Position numbers and translations under genes: made by a program
Assembly: GCA_976551045.1 (NCBI GenBank)
Contig: CDPCPM010000231.1
Location: forward strand, 3,100,001-3,164,000
Source: Glaucostegus cemiculus
Lineage: Eukaryota
Length of the DNA: 64,000 bases
Direction: 5' to 3'
Notes under the pieces: generated by a model
What the model was told of the DNA's origin: nothing
Databases searched by the model: none
The model's input: only the letters and a program-made list of their open reading frames with translations
In this document: positions 39,836-51,886 of the stretch, piece after piece
Position numbering within the stretch: the stretch's first letter is position 1
Layout of the letters: each line of letters begins with the position of its first letter

Positions 39836-40499
39836 ACACCCAAAGCTTCATATCAATGCACTGTTTTCACCAGTTTTGCCCAAAGATTCAATTACTGTCT
39901 TTTTTATACAATGAGGCACATAAATCTTCACTTTAAAAAAAATTACAGTATTCATATCTGACTCATTAACCTTTATGCTGGCTGAAAAGTAAAGCTGATA
40001 GTTACTATAATTAATGTGGTTTTCTCACCAATTACCTGTATTTTACCTAATGATAATATATTTCTGCTTTAGTAATTGGCTCACTGTTCCATTGCTTCTT
40101 TTAGGACTTCCTATCCAAGAAGCACTAGCAGAAAAAGAAATTTTTGTTATGTCATTTCATTGCTACAAAGTTCTGGATGTACAGCACTAGCTACTTTACA
40201 TTCGTTGCACACCTGTACACCTTAAATGCTGCTGCTCCAATGTTGGTATCAAAGCAGCAATGTAAATGAAATGGTATCTGGTGCTGGTAGAAGGATATTG
40301 CATCATTGCCAGACATCAATCCAGTGTCTCCTATAGTTGCCATGAAACATGCTATTTGGCATTTTCATGAATTGAAACATCCAAGAATATCCTATACAAA
40401 CAATTTAGATTCATGTAGCAGTATATTACTGAAGACATTTTGCAGAGGAGAAATGAATGCCATGTAAAAATATTTCAGAAGGGCGAATAAATAGAGAGT

Positions 40500-41010
40500 A
40501 GAAATGATAGTTTTGATGAGGTTTTCAAAGGCTTTGAAAGCAGCAGAGTGGAAGGCTTTAGGGAGACAATTCCAGACAATAGGACAAGCACCAGTGGCAC
40601 AGCAAATAAAGGGTGGCATGCTTTTGAGATCAGAGACTTAAGTACCAATGTACAAGTTGGAAAGCGGGGCTTCAGGGGGTTTGCAGCAATGAGACAAGAG
40701 AGTGGGAATGTAATGGGAATGAAAAGGAATTTTGAGCTTTGAAAATGCCATTAGAGGGAAAACAGAACATCTCAACAATCTTTGTACAAAGTTTTGGTGG
40801 AAAGTTTGATGTGTGCTGGAACTCAGAGCCAGAAAGGAGATTTTTGGAGATATTGAGTCTGAGCACTTGACAGGGTGAGGCCAGTAAAGAAGTACTCAAT
40901 GTTTTAATTGCGGAAGTATGCACTTAATAATGCACAGAGCGTGGCTTTTCAAGCTTGAACTGAGTTTTTCACCAAAGGGGTGATGGTGGCAGTTTTGAAG
41001 GTAGAGGAAC
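40500..41010 (-). mobile_element. Degraded L2-like LINE fragment
   Basis: ORF 40392..40619 contains PIVWNCLPKAFHS..FK..LIKT.I, an L2 C-terminal pattern. Confidence 0.55.
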
Positions 41011-41240
41011 AAAAGTTCTATTCAATTCCAAATGCAAGTTGCTGAAGCCTTATAGATGTGTATTCTTCTCTGTCACAACCTGAAACAATCACTTGCTTAA
41101 GATAAATGCACCTCCCAATGACAATGAGAAAGCAGATAAAATAATGCTCTTCCTTTGTGAAACTATGCTAAAATTCTTTTTAGAAGAGGACAGATGAACT
41201 GAGTATCAAACATTTGAGAAACTGCAAGATGTACCAAAGG

Positions 41241-41290
41241 GGAAAAAAACATGTCAGATAGGAAAAAAAACATGTCAGATAGGAAAAAAA
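41241..41290. repeat. Tandem duplication, 20-21-bp unit x2.4
   Basis: ggaaaaaaacatgtcagata ggaaaaaaaacatgtcagata ggaaaaaaa. Confidence 0.95.
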
Positions 41291-43675
41291 TACAGAAAAC
41301 TTGTTAAGAACTAACAGCTCTTACTAGTCACAGCTGCAAAATGGAAAGGGCATCCAAGTCAAAACCTGCTAATTAGGTTACTTGGGAAGAACAACAATTT
41401 GCATGTATGAAATACCTTTAACAGAATAAAAGCAACCCAAGATGCTTCACAAGAACAGTAAGAGACAACTTTTCAAACAAGCTATTTTTGACAAATGGGC
41501 CTTGAAGGTTTCCATTGTGGAGGATAACTTTTGCCTGAATTTGCTTGTTTTTCATGGAAATAGGTAAAGCCAAAATATTTATTGAAATTTAGTATTTTCC
41601 ACACTATTTGAAAAAATACCATGATTCAGTCAATGCACTCCTTCTAGAACAAACATATATACAATATAAATTCTTTGTAACATTTTCTGCTACCAGTGTA
41701 ATCTTGATTTTATAAAACTCTTCTAAAGCAGTTTTTATGATTTACAAAATTAACAGCGCATATTGACCTTTTAGAGGTCTCTTGCTGAGTTGAACGGTTC
41801 AGTGAAGTAAGTCTGAGCAATTTATTTCCATAAACAGTGATTCTACTTCTCTGAAAGAGCAGCACTGAAATTCCTAAGGGAAATGAGCAGTGACAGTCAG
41901 AAATCCTTGTTTATCTCCTCAAAATCAGTGGTTTGTAAATTTATAGCACAGATGCTCAGTAACTTCCTTGAGTGATGCTTCTATTTTTTTCATAATCATG
42001 CCTGAATTTCAAATCTAGGTTAATGTAGTAAATTGTTCAATCACCCTTAACTAGTAAATGCCGGGATAATGATCTCTGTTAGGTTTACAGTACTCATAAT
42101 GAGCTTAATTATGTTTGATTTGACCCACAACACCTTGCCTCCACCATGCCTGTTCTCTCTCGGTATCAATGCATGGACTCAATGGCACCAGATCTCCTGA
42201 TCCTGGAGGCAAAGTTTTGCAACTAGGTTTCAGCTAGCACACTGCTGAGGGCCCATCCCCACAGCTCCCTGACTGCCCTCGACATTAAGCAGTGCTCGGG
42301 GCACAGCCTTGTCTACTGTCAAATTTAAAATGCTTCTGTAGAAGTTTTTAAATGTTCTTGATCAAGACGCGTATTAACATAAGCATTTTAAAACAAATAT
42401 TTTTTTAAATCAATAAAATCTTTGAAAAAACATTACAAGACTGATAAATAACTAAAGAATAAAATAAAAGGAAAGTGAATACAAACTGAATTTACACTTC
42501 TTTTCACCTCAATCTCAAGATTGGGCACCCCCGTTCAATTTGGAATTCCATGCAATTGGGCTCTTCTGTTGGGCGCTACATGGAGTAGAGCATTGAGTGA
42601 AGTGAGAGATGTCCTGGTGTCTGTCACTTACTCATTCCAGACATAGAGCAAGGCTGCATGACCCTTGGATATACTTAGTGAGTGGCTGAATGCTGGTGCT
42701 TTCCTTTCTGATTATAGGCCATAACCAACTTCATCTAACCCAATGGTTCATACATATAGAAGTCCTTACCTGGTATGATATTGCTATAATATGAAAACCT
42801 GCAGCCAATTAATTATAATATTTTTAAGTAGTTGAACTTTCATTGGAAAACTTTATCTAAACTATCTATAGTGATAAATTCCATAACCTATTTGTACAGA
42901 TTGTTATGCTTCATTAGAAATACAATGCACATCTAATAAAGCATCTATAATTATCAAAGCTGAAGGATATACTACATATAAAAAATATTGAGTTGTTAGT
43001 CAAACAACCTATACATCAAGACATAACTTGATTGATTTTCATATTTATAAACCTAGATTTTATGACCTCTCTGCACCAAATGCTGGTAATTGAGGGTTAG
43101 CACCATGATCACGACATCAGTTTAACAGTGAGAAATAATATATTGTATCATCATATCAATGACTGTTGCAATCCATTGTACCACTAAACAAGCAAGGTTG
43201 ACACCTAACTTGAAATATGAAATTTATAGGCTTTGAGAATGGTTGCCTTAAAGTTTCTTGGATCATGGAATTTATTACAAATTTTCTTTAGATAATTAAA
43301 GCAGCAAAATGAATGCATATTAATCAAACCTTGCCATGATTTCTCAAAAGGACATAAAAAACAGGAGCAGGAGTAGGTCACATCATCTCTTGAGCCTGCT
43401 CTGCCTTTCAATGAAATCATAAATCCATCTCTTGTGGGCCTCAGCACCATTTTCTTGCCTGTTGACATCAACCTCCAACTCCATTGGGGTCCAGTAAACT
43501 TGCCCGTCTCCTTGAATATAGTCAGCTTCCATGGCTCTCTAGGGTTAGAGAATTCTAAAGATTCATAGTCCTTACAAAAGAAATTCTTTCTCATCTCCAT
43601 TTAAATGGTCCTGCCTTATTCTGAAACTATGTCTAGCTCTCAATGTCTACTCAGTCATTCCCTCAAAGAATTATG

Positions 43676-43912
43676 GAGGCACAAGAGACTGCAGATGCTA
43701 GAATCTGGAGAGACCCACAAAAACTAGAGGAACTCAAGCAGTTCAGGCAGGCACATGGAGGGAAATGGACAGTCGATGTTTTGGGTTGAGACCCTTCAAA
43801 TAGACTGAGACGAGTCTAGATGAAGGGTCTCCACCCAAAACATTGACTGTCCATTTTTCCCCATAGACGCTGCCTGACCTGCTGAGTTCCTTAAGCATTT
43901 TGTGTGTTGCCC
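43676..43912. mobile_element. Palindromic (fold-back) Penelope-derived insertion: two inverted terminal repeats, 12-bp TSD
   Basis: 43712-43806 is the imperfect reverse complement of 43813-43910. Flanked by caaagaattatg (43664-43675) and caaaaaatcatg (43913-43924). Confidence 0.85.
43813..43849 (+). ncRNA. Decayed minimal type I hammerhead ribozyme motif (mirror copy on - strand, 43770-43807)
   Basis: agtc-TAGATGA-a-gggt-ctcc-accc-AAAA-c-att-gact versus the core CUGANGA-stemII-GAAA-c-GUC. Stems I and II are intact, and most core changes are CpG-type transitions. Confidence 0.6.
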
Positions 43913-44074
43913 CAAAAAATCATGTTTCAATAAGATCATCTGTCGTTCTCCTAAACACCAATGTGTATAGACCTAACCTGCTCAACCTCTTGTTGTAAGA
44001 TAGTCTTTTTACCCCTTTTCTGAACTACCTTAAAAACAAGCATATAACTCCTCAGCATCAAGACCCCATTTCAG

Positions 44075-44185
44075 TCTGAATCATTCACTCTATTTCTCTT
44101 TCCACAGATGCTGCTCAACCTGCTGAATGCTCCCAGCATTTTCTATTTTTATTTCAGGTTTCCAGCATCTGCAGGTTTTTTTATG
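44075..44185 (+). mobile_element. Penelope-like terminal fragment, older family
   Basis: ccacagatgctgctcaacctgctgaatgctcccagcattttctatttttatttcaggtttccagcatctgcagg. Confidence 0.8.
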
Positions 44186-45234
44186 ATGTTTCAGTTACTA
44201 TTGGAACTGATAAAGCTGCATTGGTGCAATAATTGAACAACTTATTAGTTTTAGTGCACTAATTTGACAAAAGGAAAATTACAACTCGCCATTATCAAAG
44301 TTTAGTGTATGTAATGTGGTTACAGTTATCACTTATTACCAAAAGGAACCTGCTTGTCCTTGATCCATTTTGCATTAAGAGAACAGCATTCAAGTTTTTG
44401 CTTTACACTGTGCTCATTTTCTTTGCACTCATGATATCGGTTTTGGAAGTTTTCTTTTATTCATGCTATTGTCAGAAGGGCATTTACATTTTAACTCAAG
44501 ACTTCAGGTGGTCAAAAAATCTTCCTGGACAGTAAACATCCTCTCCATGCGATGGTGGTCAGATGCATTCATAGTTTCAAGCAAAGTCAGAACAGGCAAT
44601 AGCAACCCAGGAGGCTAAATAAATATTGTTCTCTCCACTTAAAGAAACAGTTTGAAAGGATCATTGCAATTAATGGTGTGCATGTAACAGACTATAACTC
44701 TGCAAATTAGCACACTCATAAAAGGTCCCTTCAAACAAATTTACTATTTTCTAGAAAGCTAGACCATTCAGTGACCGTATTTTACGCCGGGTCATCAACT
44801 TGGACCTATGACCCTCAGCAGCAAAAGCTCCTAATTTTCAACATACTTTTCAGTTGAAGAATAAAGGTATTTGCTTCTTTGCGATGAAGGAGAGATTTTG
44901 GTGAGTCATCTCAGACACTTTCTAGTAGTTGAAACAAGAGCTGTTACGGCAGAAATTAATAAGATAACATTTGTACAGTGTTTGATTATGCAGGATATAA
45001 TTCAATTTTTAATCCTTAAGAGTTTGGTCCCGCAGTTTGAAAGAGCAAACTTAGTCCATTCTCTTTTATTCATCTTGCTATGCTGCCCATTCTTCTCAGC
45101 CTTTCTAACAAGTACTAAAGTTGCACAACTTCATTTCACCATAGAGGCAAAGTTTTAAATGTAAAAGGCTTGTTTATATCATACCATAAATAGATACATT
45201 ATTTCTCTGGTAACCATCAGACAAGATGTAGGGG

Positions 45235-45525
45235 GAATTTTTTCTCCGACTGAGGACTCTAGGACAAGAAGGGAAAGTTTGAGAACAAGAGGTTGGTTGT
45301 TAAGGCCTGAGATGAGGAAAAATTTATTCACTCAGAGTATGGTGAACCTCTGAGATTCTCTACTCAGGAGAGCTGGTTAATTGAAAACACAGTTCAATAG
45401 ATTTCTAGATATGAAGGGAATCAAGGGAAGTGGTGATAATGCTGGAAAATGGTGTTGATAAGCTATGGCAGAGCAGGATCAAAGGGCAAAATGGCTTACT
45501 CCAGCTCCTCTTTATGTTCTAATTA
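45235..45525 (+). mobile_element. CR1 3' fragment
   Basis: SRTRR.SLRTRG...RPEMRKNLFTQSMVNL*DSL remnant and 3'UTR ggcagagcaggatcaaagggcaaaatggcttactcc. Confidence 0.85.
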
Positions 45526-46764
45526 TATTTGGAATGTAATTGATGAATCAATATCAGCATGTCATCTACACTGCACCTTCAATTACAACAAAAATGGTTC
45601 AACCATGGAACACAGGGAACAGTGGTACAACACCAATTTTGAAAACTCTGAAGGTCAAGGATTATTTCCTATTTTGTGGAGCTCTATGGTTTTAGTAGGA
45701 CCAAAGGTCAGAACAATAATTTAAGGTCACATAGGAGTCATGATCTTTTTCTTCAAAATGCCTTGTAAAATATGACTGGAAAAAGAAGACCCATCAAATA
45801 TGAAGGATCAGGGAAGTAATAGCCTTAGCCAAGTAGATAATGAAAGGAAAATGTGGCACAGGCTAAAATGGAATGGTTAGCAACATCGGTTGATAAGCCA
45901 TCCCTCATACTTGATGTTGTGTTTTCAACCAAATGTTTTATAATTTCATAAAAATTAAATAGTTTACATTCAAAAAGTTGCATTCATCAATGAGATAAGT
46001 TTGAAAACATTTTCTAGAATAACACTGTAATTATAAAAAGCAGAACGAAAAGACTCATTAATTAGTACAAGGTAGTACTCTTGTCACAGGACTAACAAAC
46101 TCATGTCAAATAATAAAATGCAGATTTGCTCCTGATTCCCAAAAAGGTCACATTTTGTGAATTCTTGATGTCAGCTTGGTGGACTGGAGAAGACACTTCC
46201 ACAGAGGGAGAAAAAAATATTGGGTAAGTCATCATGGTTCAATGTCACACACCTCCTAGTGATTTACATGAGCTGCATTAGAAGACTCCAAGCGGGTTGG
46301 AATGGAGAACACTTGGGAGGTAGAAAATAACAAAAGACAAAATAAAAATCAATGACAATTTACTTCAGATCACATACACTTCCAAGGTCCACACTAATGC
46401 ACTCAAAGTTGAAATTTTGCCATTTAACTTTAGTATTTTGCAATTAAACTAATTTTTACCTTCGACCGTTAGATTAACCAAATTTTCATGCCATTGTTTG
46501 AATTATTAGATGAGCAAAATACTCTAAGTGTTCTATACAAGGGAAGAACGACAATATCACTTCCAGAGATGATAATTACAGGAGGGGTTGGGGGGAGGGA
46601 CTGAAATACTGTGCCTTTCTAATGAAAATCTGAAATTCTACCTCTTTGTGATCAGGAGAAACAGGCTACAAAATATGGTATTTTGTTGAACTCTTCCCAC
46701 TGCAGAAATAAAAGTTTGTTCATCTTTTAAGATTTTGTCAGATGGAATATAAAATGTGAAAAAT

Positions 46765-47840
46765 AAAAGGTCATCCACTTTGGAAAGAAGACTGAATGAA
46801 CAAATTATACAAATGGAGTGAGGCTACAAAACAAAGTCATACAAAGGGATCTGGAAGTTCTAATGCAAGAAATACAGAGTTAACATGCAGGTACAGCAAA
46901 TAATTCAGAACACCAACAGAAAGTTAGCTTTTATTGCAAAGGGTGTGTGTGGAATGTAAATGTAGTCTCGGTCTCCATGTCTAAGGAAGACTAATTGCGT
47001 TGGAGCCAGTGCAGAGAAGATTCATTGATTCATGGGATGATATATTAAGAAAGACTGTGTATGCCAGGCTTGTGGTCATTGGAATTTGGAAGAATAATTA
47101 ATCTTTTTGATAGAGTGACAGACAGAGTGGACAGCCAGCATCTCTTCCCCACAGTGGCAACAGCCAACACTAGAGGTCACCCATTTAAGGTGCATGGAGG
47201 AAAGTTCAGGGGAGATGTCAGAGGTAGGTTTTCTTCCCTCCCTCCCCCACCCCACACAGAGAGCGGTGGGTGTCTGGAATATACTGCTGGAGGTGGTGGT
47301 AGCGACCAATACGATAGGGTCATTTAAGAGACTATTAGATAGGCACATGGACCAAAGAAAAATAGAGGGTTATGGAAGGTGAAATAGAGAGGGGGATAGA
47401 TTGAATAGGGATGAGGTTTATGTAGTTTGGCACAACATCGTGGGCTGAAGGGCCCGTACTGTGCTGTACTGTTCTCTGTTCTATGAAACCTAAGACTGTA
47501 AGGAGGACTGAAGGTTGAATGCTGAGAAAATGCTTTCCCTTGGGGTGGGGTAGTCAGTAGAACTAGGGGGCACCGTCTCCAAATAAGAGAGATGAGGAGG
47601 AATTCTTCCCTCAGACTGTCAAGATTCTTTGACATTCTCGATTTGAGAAAACTGAGTAGGCTGGGTCATTGAATATATTCAAAATTGAGACTGACAGACA
47701 TTTAAACTACAACAGAGTTGAGGAATATTGAGAGAGGACAGGTAAGTGGTATTCAGGTCAAGATTGGATTTGCCTCAACCTTTTTTGAATAGGCAGCAGA
47801 TTAGCCTATTCCCATTCTATTCCTATATTGCTATGTTTCT
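46765..47840 (+). mobile_element. Older CR1 RT-downstream region, split by a younger CR1
   Basis: QRDLEV..., LEPVQRRF and GLWSLEF remnants to ~47110, resuming at 47486 with aaacctaag...gctgagaaaatg...RTRGHRLQI...EMRRNS. Confidence 0.8.
47110..47485 (+). mobile_element. Younger CR1 3' fragment nested in CR1
   Basis: DRVDSQHLFP...NTRGHPFKVHGGKFRGDVRGRF / TQRAVGVWNILLEVVVA..TIGSFKRLLDRHM. Tail gggctgaagggcccgtactgtgctgtactgttctctgttctatg. Confidence 0.92.
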
Positions 47841-48204
47841 CATGTCATGTGAAGTGAATGGAATGAATTTTGAAGATTTGTATATCGTATTTAGCGCTAA
47901 TAACTGGGAATTAATTTCTTGACAATTATTCTTTGCCTGAACCATTCACTTCACAGATCTTCAGTATTATGTCCACAAGATAGTCTTCGAACAATCATAG
48001 AGACTCTCATTCCACTGCTCAGAAAAGTTTTCTTAGCTCAGACAGAAATGAGAAAACTTTTAACAATCATGTGAGAGGAAAGTCAGAGCTATTGTTTCAA
48101 CAATGAATTAATTATTTCCAGGATTAGCATGGCCCCTACGTAGTTAATACTGAGCAAAAGCAACAATCTAAAAAAGAATGGCATGCATATTAATTTCCAT
48201 CTGA

Positions 48205-48420
48205 AAGGTTGAAATAAAAACAAAAAATTGCAGGAAACACTTAGCAGGTCAGAAAGCATCTGTGAAAACAGAAAACAGAGTTAATGTTTCATATCAAGGA
48301 CTCTTTATTCAAACTGGGAGAGGCAAAAAGTTAACTCTTTTTTCCTTTCCACTGTTGCTGCCTGACCTGCATTTTCCAGCATTTTCTGTTTTTATTTCAG
48401 ATCTCCATTTGCAATTTTTG
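48205..48420. mobile_element. Second fold-back pair of Penelope-like terminal repeats (older family)
   Basis: gaaataaaaacaaaaaattgcaggaaa...gcaggtcagaaagcatctgtg...gagttaa pairs with ttaactc...gctgcctgacctgc..tttccagcattttctgtttttatttc. Confidence 0.75.
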
Positions 48421-50557
48421 ATATCTAAAAGATTCATTGATCTCATAAAAAGTGAACATTGTTGAGCACAATGCTGTATGACTCAAAAATTAAGGAAGGC
48501 TGTGCTAAAAGATATATTAATCTGATTAGAGAATATTTGTACACTGATATTGAAATAGTTAATAGTAAACCTGGAATCACAAATGGGTATAACTGTCATT
48601 TAACTTTAATTATTGCTTTGAGCATAATAGTCATTTTCAATTTTAAACCAAGCCAAAATGCAGAGCTTGCAACAAAGATAAGATTATGTTTAATAATAAT
48701 ATTCCTCAGCACTTTTGTAGAACTGAATATAATTGGAGGTATCAAGTTAATATTTCAGTATTTGTTCTTAAATCAATTGTAAAAGATGTGTCAGAATTGA
48801 AGTCCACTGCTTAATTTTTCTCATTCTTATTCGTCCTTTCACTATTAGAGCAGCTGTTTTTCTACAGAAACTTTGTCCTCTCTTGATGACAAAAGCTTTA
48901 TGGTTTACAATTCTCTATCAATACCAAGAGTATTATCTGAAAACTGACGTGAGAAATTACTAAACTGCTGTATTCTATTTGTAATTTCTCCTCTTACCAT
49001 ACAATAAAGATGTGAGCACCTTTACAAAACACAAGAGACAATTTAAACAAAATTATATTAATTGCCTTCAAAATTGCTAACCAGCATCTCAGAGGTTTGG
49101 GGAAATGAAGTAGGGTAGCCAACTGCGTTCAAATGAAATGAAATGTAGAATTGCTTTCAACATGATACAGAAAAATCTAAATAGGAATCACTAAAAATAG
49201 ATCATAGACTGATGCAAAAGAGTCTTGTATCTGTAATAAGTGGAAAAGAAATTAATTTGAAGAACAAAGGATATAGTACTTAAAAGTAGATATCTGGCTT
49301 TTTTGATCCTTCATTTGCCATTCATAATTCTCTTAGAGGTACATGTTCAAAAAGGAGAATCTGTCTGCTTTGAGTCCAAAGGCAGGTAGTAGCATAGATC
49401 TGCCAAACTACAGCTCTTTGGAAAGAAATCTCAATAAGAACACTTGGTAAGGCATGGATAATATCCCAGGTCATTACATTGGAGATTTAAACTAACTGTT
49501 CAAGTTACAAACTTGTCTGCGTGCAAATAACTTTATTTGTAAAACATCCCCTAATCTGCATAGAGAATATCTTCTGTTAATTCCACAGAACATTGACTAA
49601 TTATGTACCACCCAGCCAGAGCATGAATTCCAACAGGTCTGTGTCATAACAGAAGAATATCCAATACTCACACAATAGTATCTATTTTTTATCTTGTTGC
49701 GCAGAAATAGAAATCTGAGATTGATTGAGCTGGATTAAACGTCTTCTACTTGGTCCTTTTTGCAGATCTCAAGTCCACATTGAATACAAGAGAGGCTCCA
49801 ACTAATTGTAGCCTGGTTGATTTAATTTCTGAATAAAAATTAATGGTGCTTCATGTTGTGACTTGAAAGGTTCTCGCCACATTTCTTGCTCCAACTAACA
49901 AAGGCAAAAATTAGTCCAGTGCAAGTCAATACAGGCCTTCTGAATATCTACAAGTTCAGCATTAGCTTCAGCACCTAAAGGCATTTCAACTCCCCACACA
50001 GAAAAGCTACATTTTCAGACACTATTTTGATAGATTTGACAACTGTCATTTGCATTTTAAACAATAAAGTAGAAGACATAGAAATCATTACTGTAGGACC
50101 CATGGTTCTTGTCGTCATTCAGTTATGCCTCCTTGCTTAGCACAGGGGAACTTGAAAGCTTGAAAACAAGGTCAAAAATGTCTTATTCCCATATCATTTC
50201 ATACCAGCTATGATCATCTGACAGAGATGGTTACTAACAAGATCTGTCAATTCCTGTCAGGATTGACTACAAACCTGTCTGGAAAACTTATGATTCAAAA
50301 GGAGCTAATCTGTTGGAGCAAACTTTCTTATCCCAGTTATATTTGTGACTCTGTTGATCCAGTGCAGTCTTTAGATTCAAGAATGAAAACTGACATGAAT
50401 GTAGATGGTTCAGTAATTCATTTTGGCTCTTTTGCTACATTTGTTTGCAAAGGCTCACAGCCACTTTTCTCAAAGCATGATGTGCAGTTTGGTCAAGGCA
50501 CCCATGATTTCTGTACCAGATACTTGAAAGCCAGAGGAACAAAGCACTTTCAAAATT

Positions 50558-50613
50558 AAGACACAAGAGATTGTGCAGATGCTGGAATCTGGAGCAACAC
50601 ACACAAAAGTGTT
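50558..50613 (-). mobile_element. 56-bp Penelope-like terminal insertion with perfect 12-bp TSD
   Basis: aagacacaagagattgtgcagatgctggaatctggagcaacacacacaaaagtgtt, flanked by ACTTTCAAAATT at 50546-50557 and 50614-50625. Confidence 0.9.
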
Positions 50614-51886
50614 ACTTTCAAAATTGAAGTCTGATAAAGTCATCAAAACTTTGTACAATTTTGCTAAGTAGACCCCCACCTCCTGCAATTATCTTCTCCA
50701 GTTCTGCTCATGTGCTCTGCAAAAATCGATAAAGATTCCTGAACCACAGCTGGATTCCATGTGGGATCCAGAGAAGATGTCCAGCCAGGAAACCACTGGC
50801 AGGGTTTCTGCAGTAGGTTCAGGGTTTCTGCTTTTGTGCAAGAAACCCAGTGAGATGCAAGGCAAGGATTGTGAATACACTTTGTTGAGTGATGAGGTAC
50901 TGGCTCAGATTTATAAGGATACAGACAGTGTGTGAGCAGTTGCGGAAAGGACATGTACTGAGTTTTGTACAGATATGACTTCAAGGAAGGTGGCAATGAG
51001 AGATCAGAATGGACTGTATTAGAAATAACATAATCCAGAATTGTATAATTAATTGTAACCTAAGTCCACCGATTTAAAATTTGTGGTTGTATTTATTTGT
51101 TATTTTGTAGCTATATGGACCAACTAGCGGGACATGGGATTAAACTGGGTAACTCTTTCTGACCATCAATGCATAACAATCAGTGTATTAACCATAGTTT
51201 TTTAATATATTATTGAAAAATGAATGGAACCCAAGAACTTGATAGCAATAGCACTCTGCATGAACCCTGTGACTAAGGGTAGAGGTGTACAAATGTAATT
51301 TTCCTAAGGTTGACAGAAACTTATGGTGAGAGATTTGAGGAAGGTGGTCTCATTTTTCTGGGTACATATTTTGCTTTTAGGTATTGAGTTTATCAGTTGT
51401 CTTTTCTATTGGATAACAAATTACAGGTTAAAGCTTAGTTATACATTCTTTACTTAGGCACTTAATTGCTAAGTACTGTGGTATCTAAAGCTATGCGCTA
51501 GAGTTAGCATTAAACAGTATAGTGAAGGGAGGGGATGCCTTGGGGTTCAACTAGGAAAAGAGTAAAAGCTGGAGGATCATTTGTTTTAGTTTGGCAACAC
51601 CTTGGCAGGAGATAAGGGAAGTTAGAGTCCAGTGTCCTACAGAAAAGGAAGTTTTGGTTTGTGGCTATTAACAGGTTTCTAAGTTTGAAAAGAAGCTCAC
51701 TGGAATTTGGTAAGACTGTTACCTCTAGTTTTGCAGCACATTAATAGTCCTTGGAGCATATATGCACTTTATATTTCATATTTGCCTAAACTTATTGTAG
51801 TGTGCCTTTTAAATGATGCTTTAGTTCAGTTTATTGCTTCAGACAGTTACAGTGTCATAAGTTAAAATTAATGTGACAATGTTATG

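Larger units (their letters stand above)
43348..44055 (-). mobile_element. Degraded CR1 3' region, interrupted at 43676-43912
   Basis: 3'UTR caggagcaggagtaggtc...gagcctgctctgcc, MEMRKNFF motif, and resumption at atgtttcaataagatca (DLIET on the minus strand). Confidence 0.85.

Noticed and set aside
24217-41290. Short direct repeats (13003, 24217, 41241) as CRISPR-like arrays
   Set aside because: Simple two-copy slippage duplications with no spacers, in eukaryotic DNA
42769-42797. Possible 29-nt minus-strand exon (cag|...CAG|gtaagg)
   Set aside because: Weak acceptor, no partner exons, no recognisable peptide
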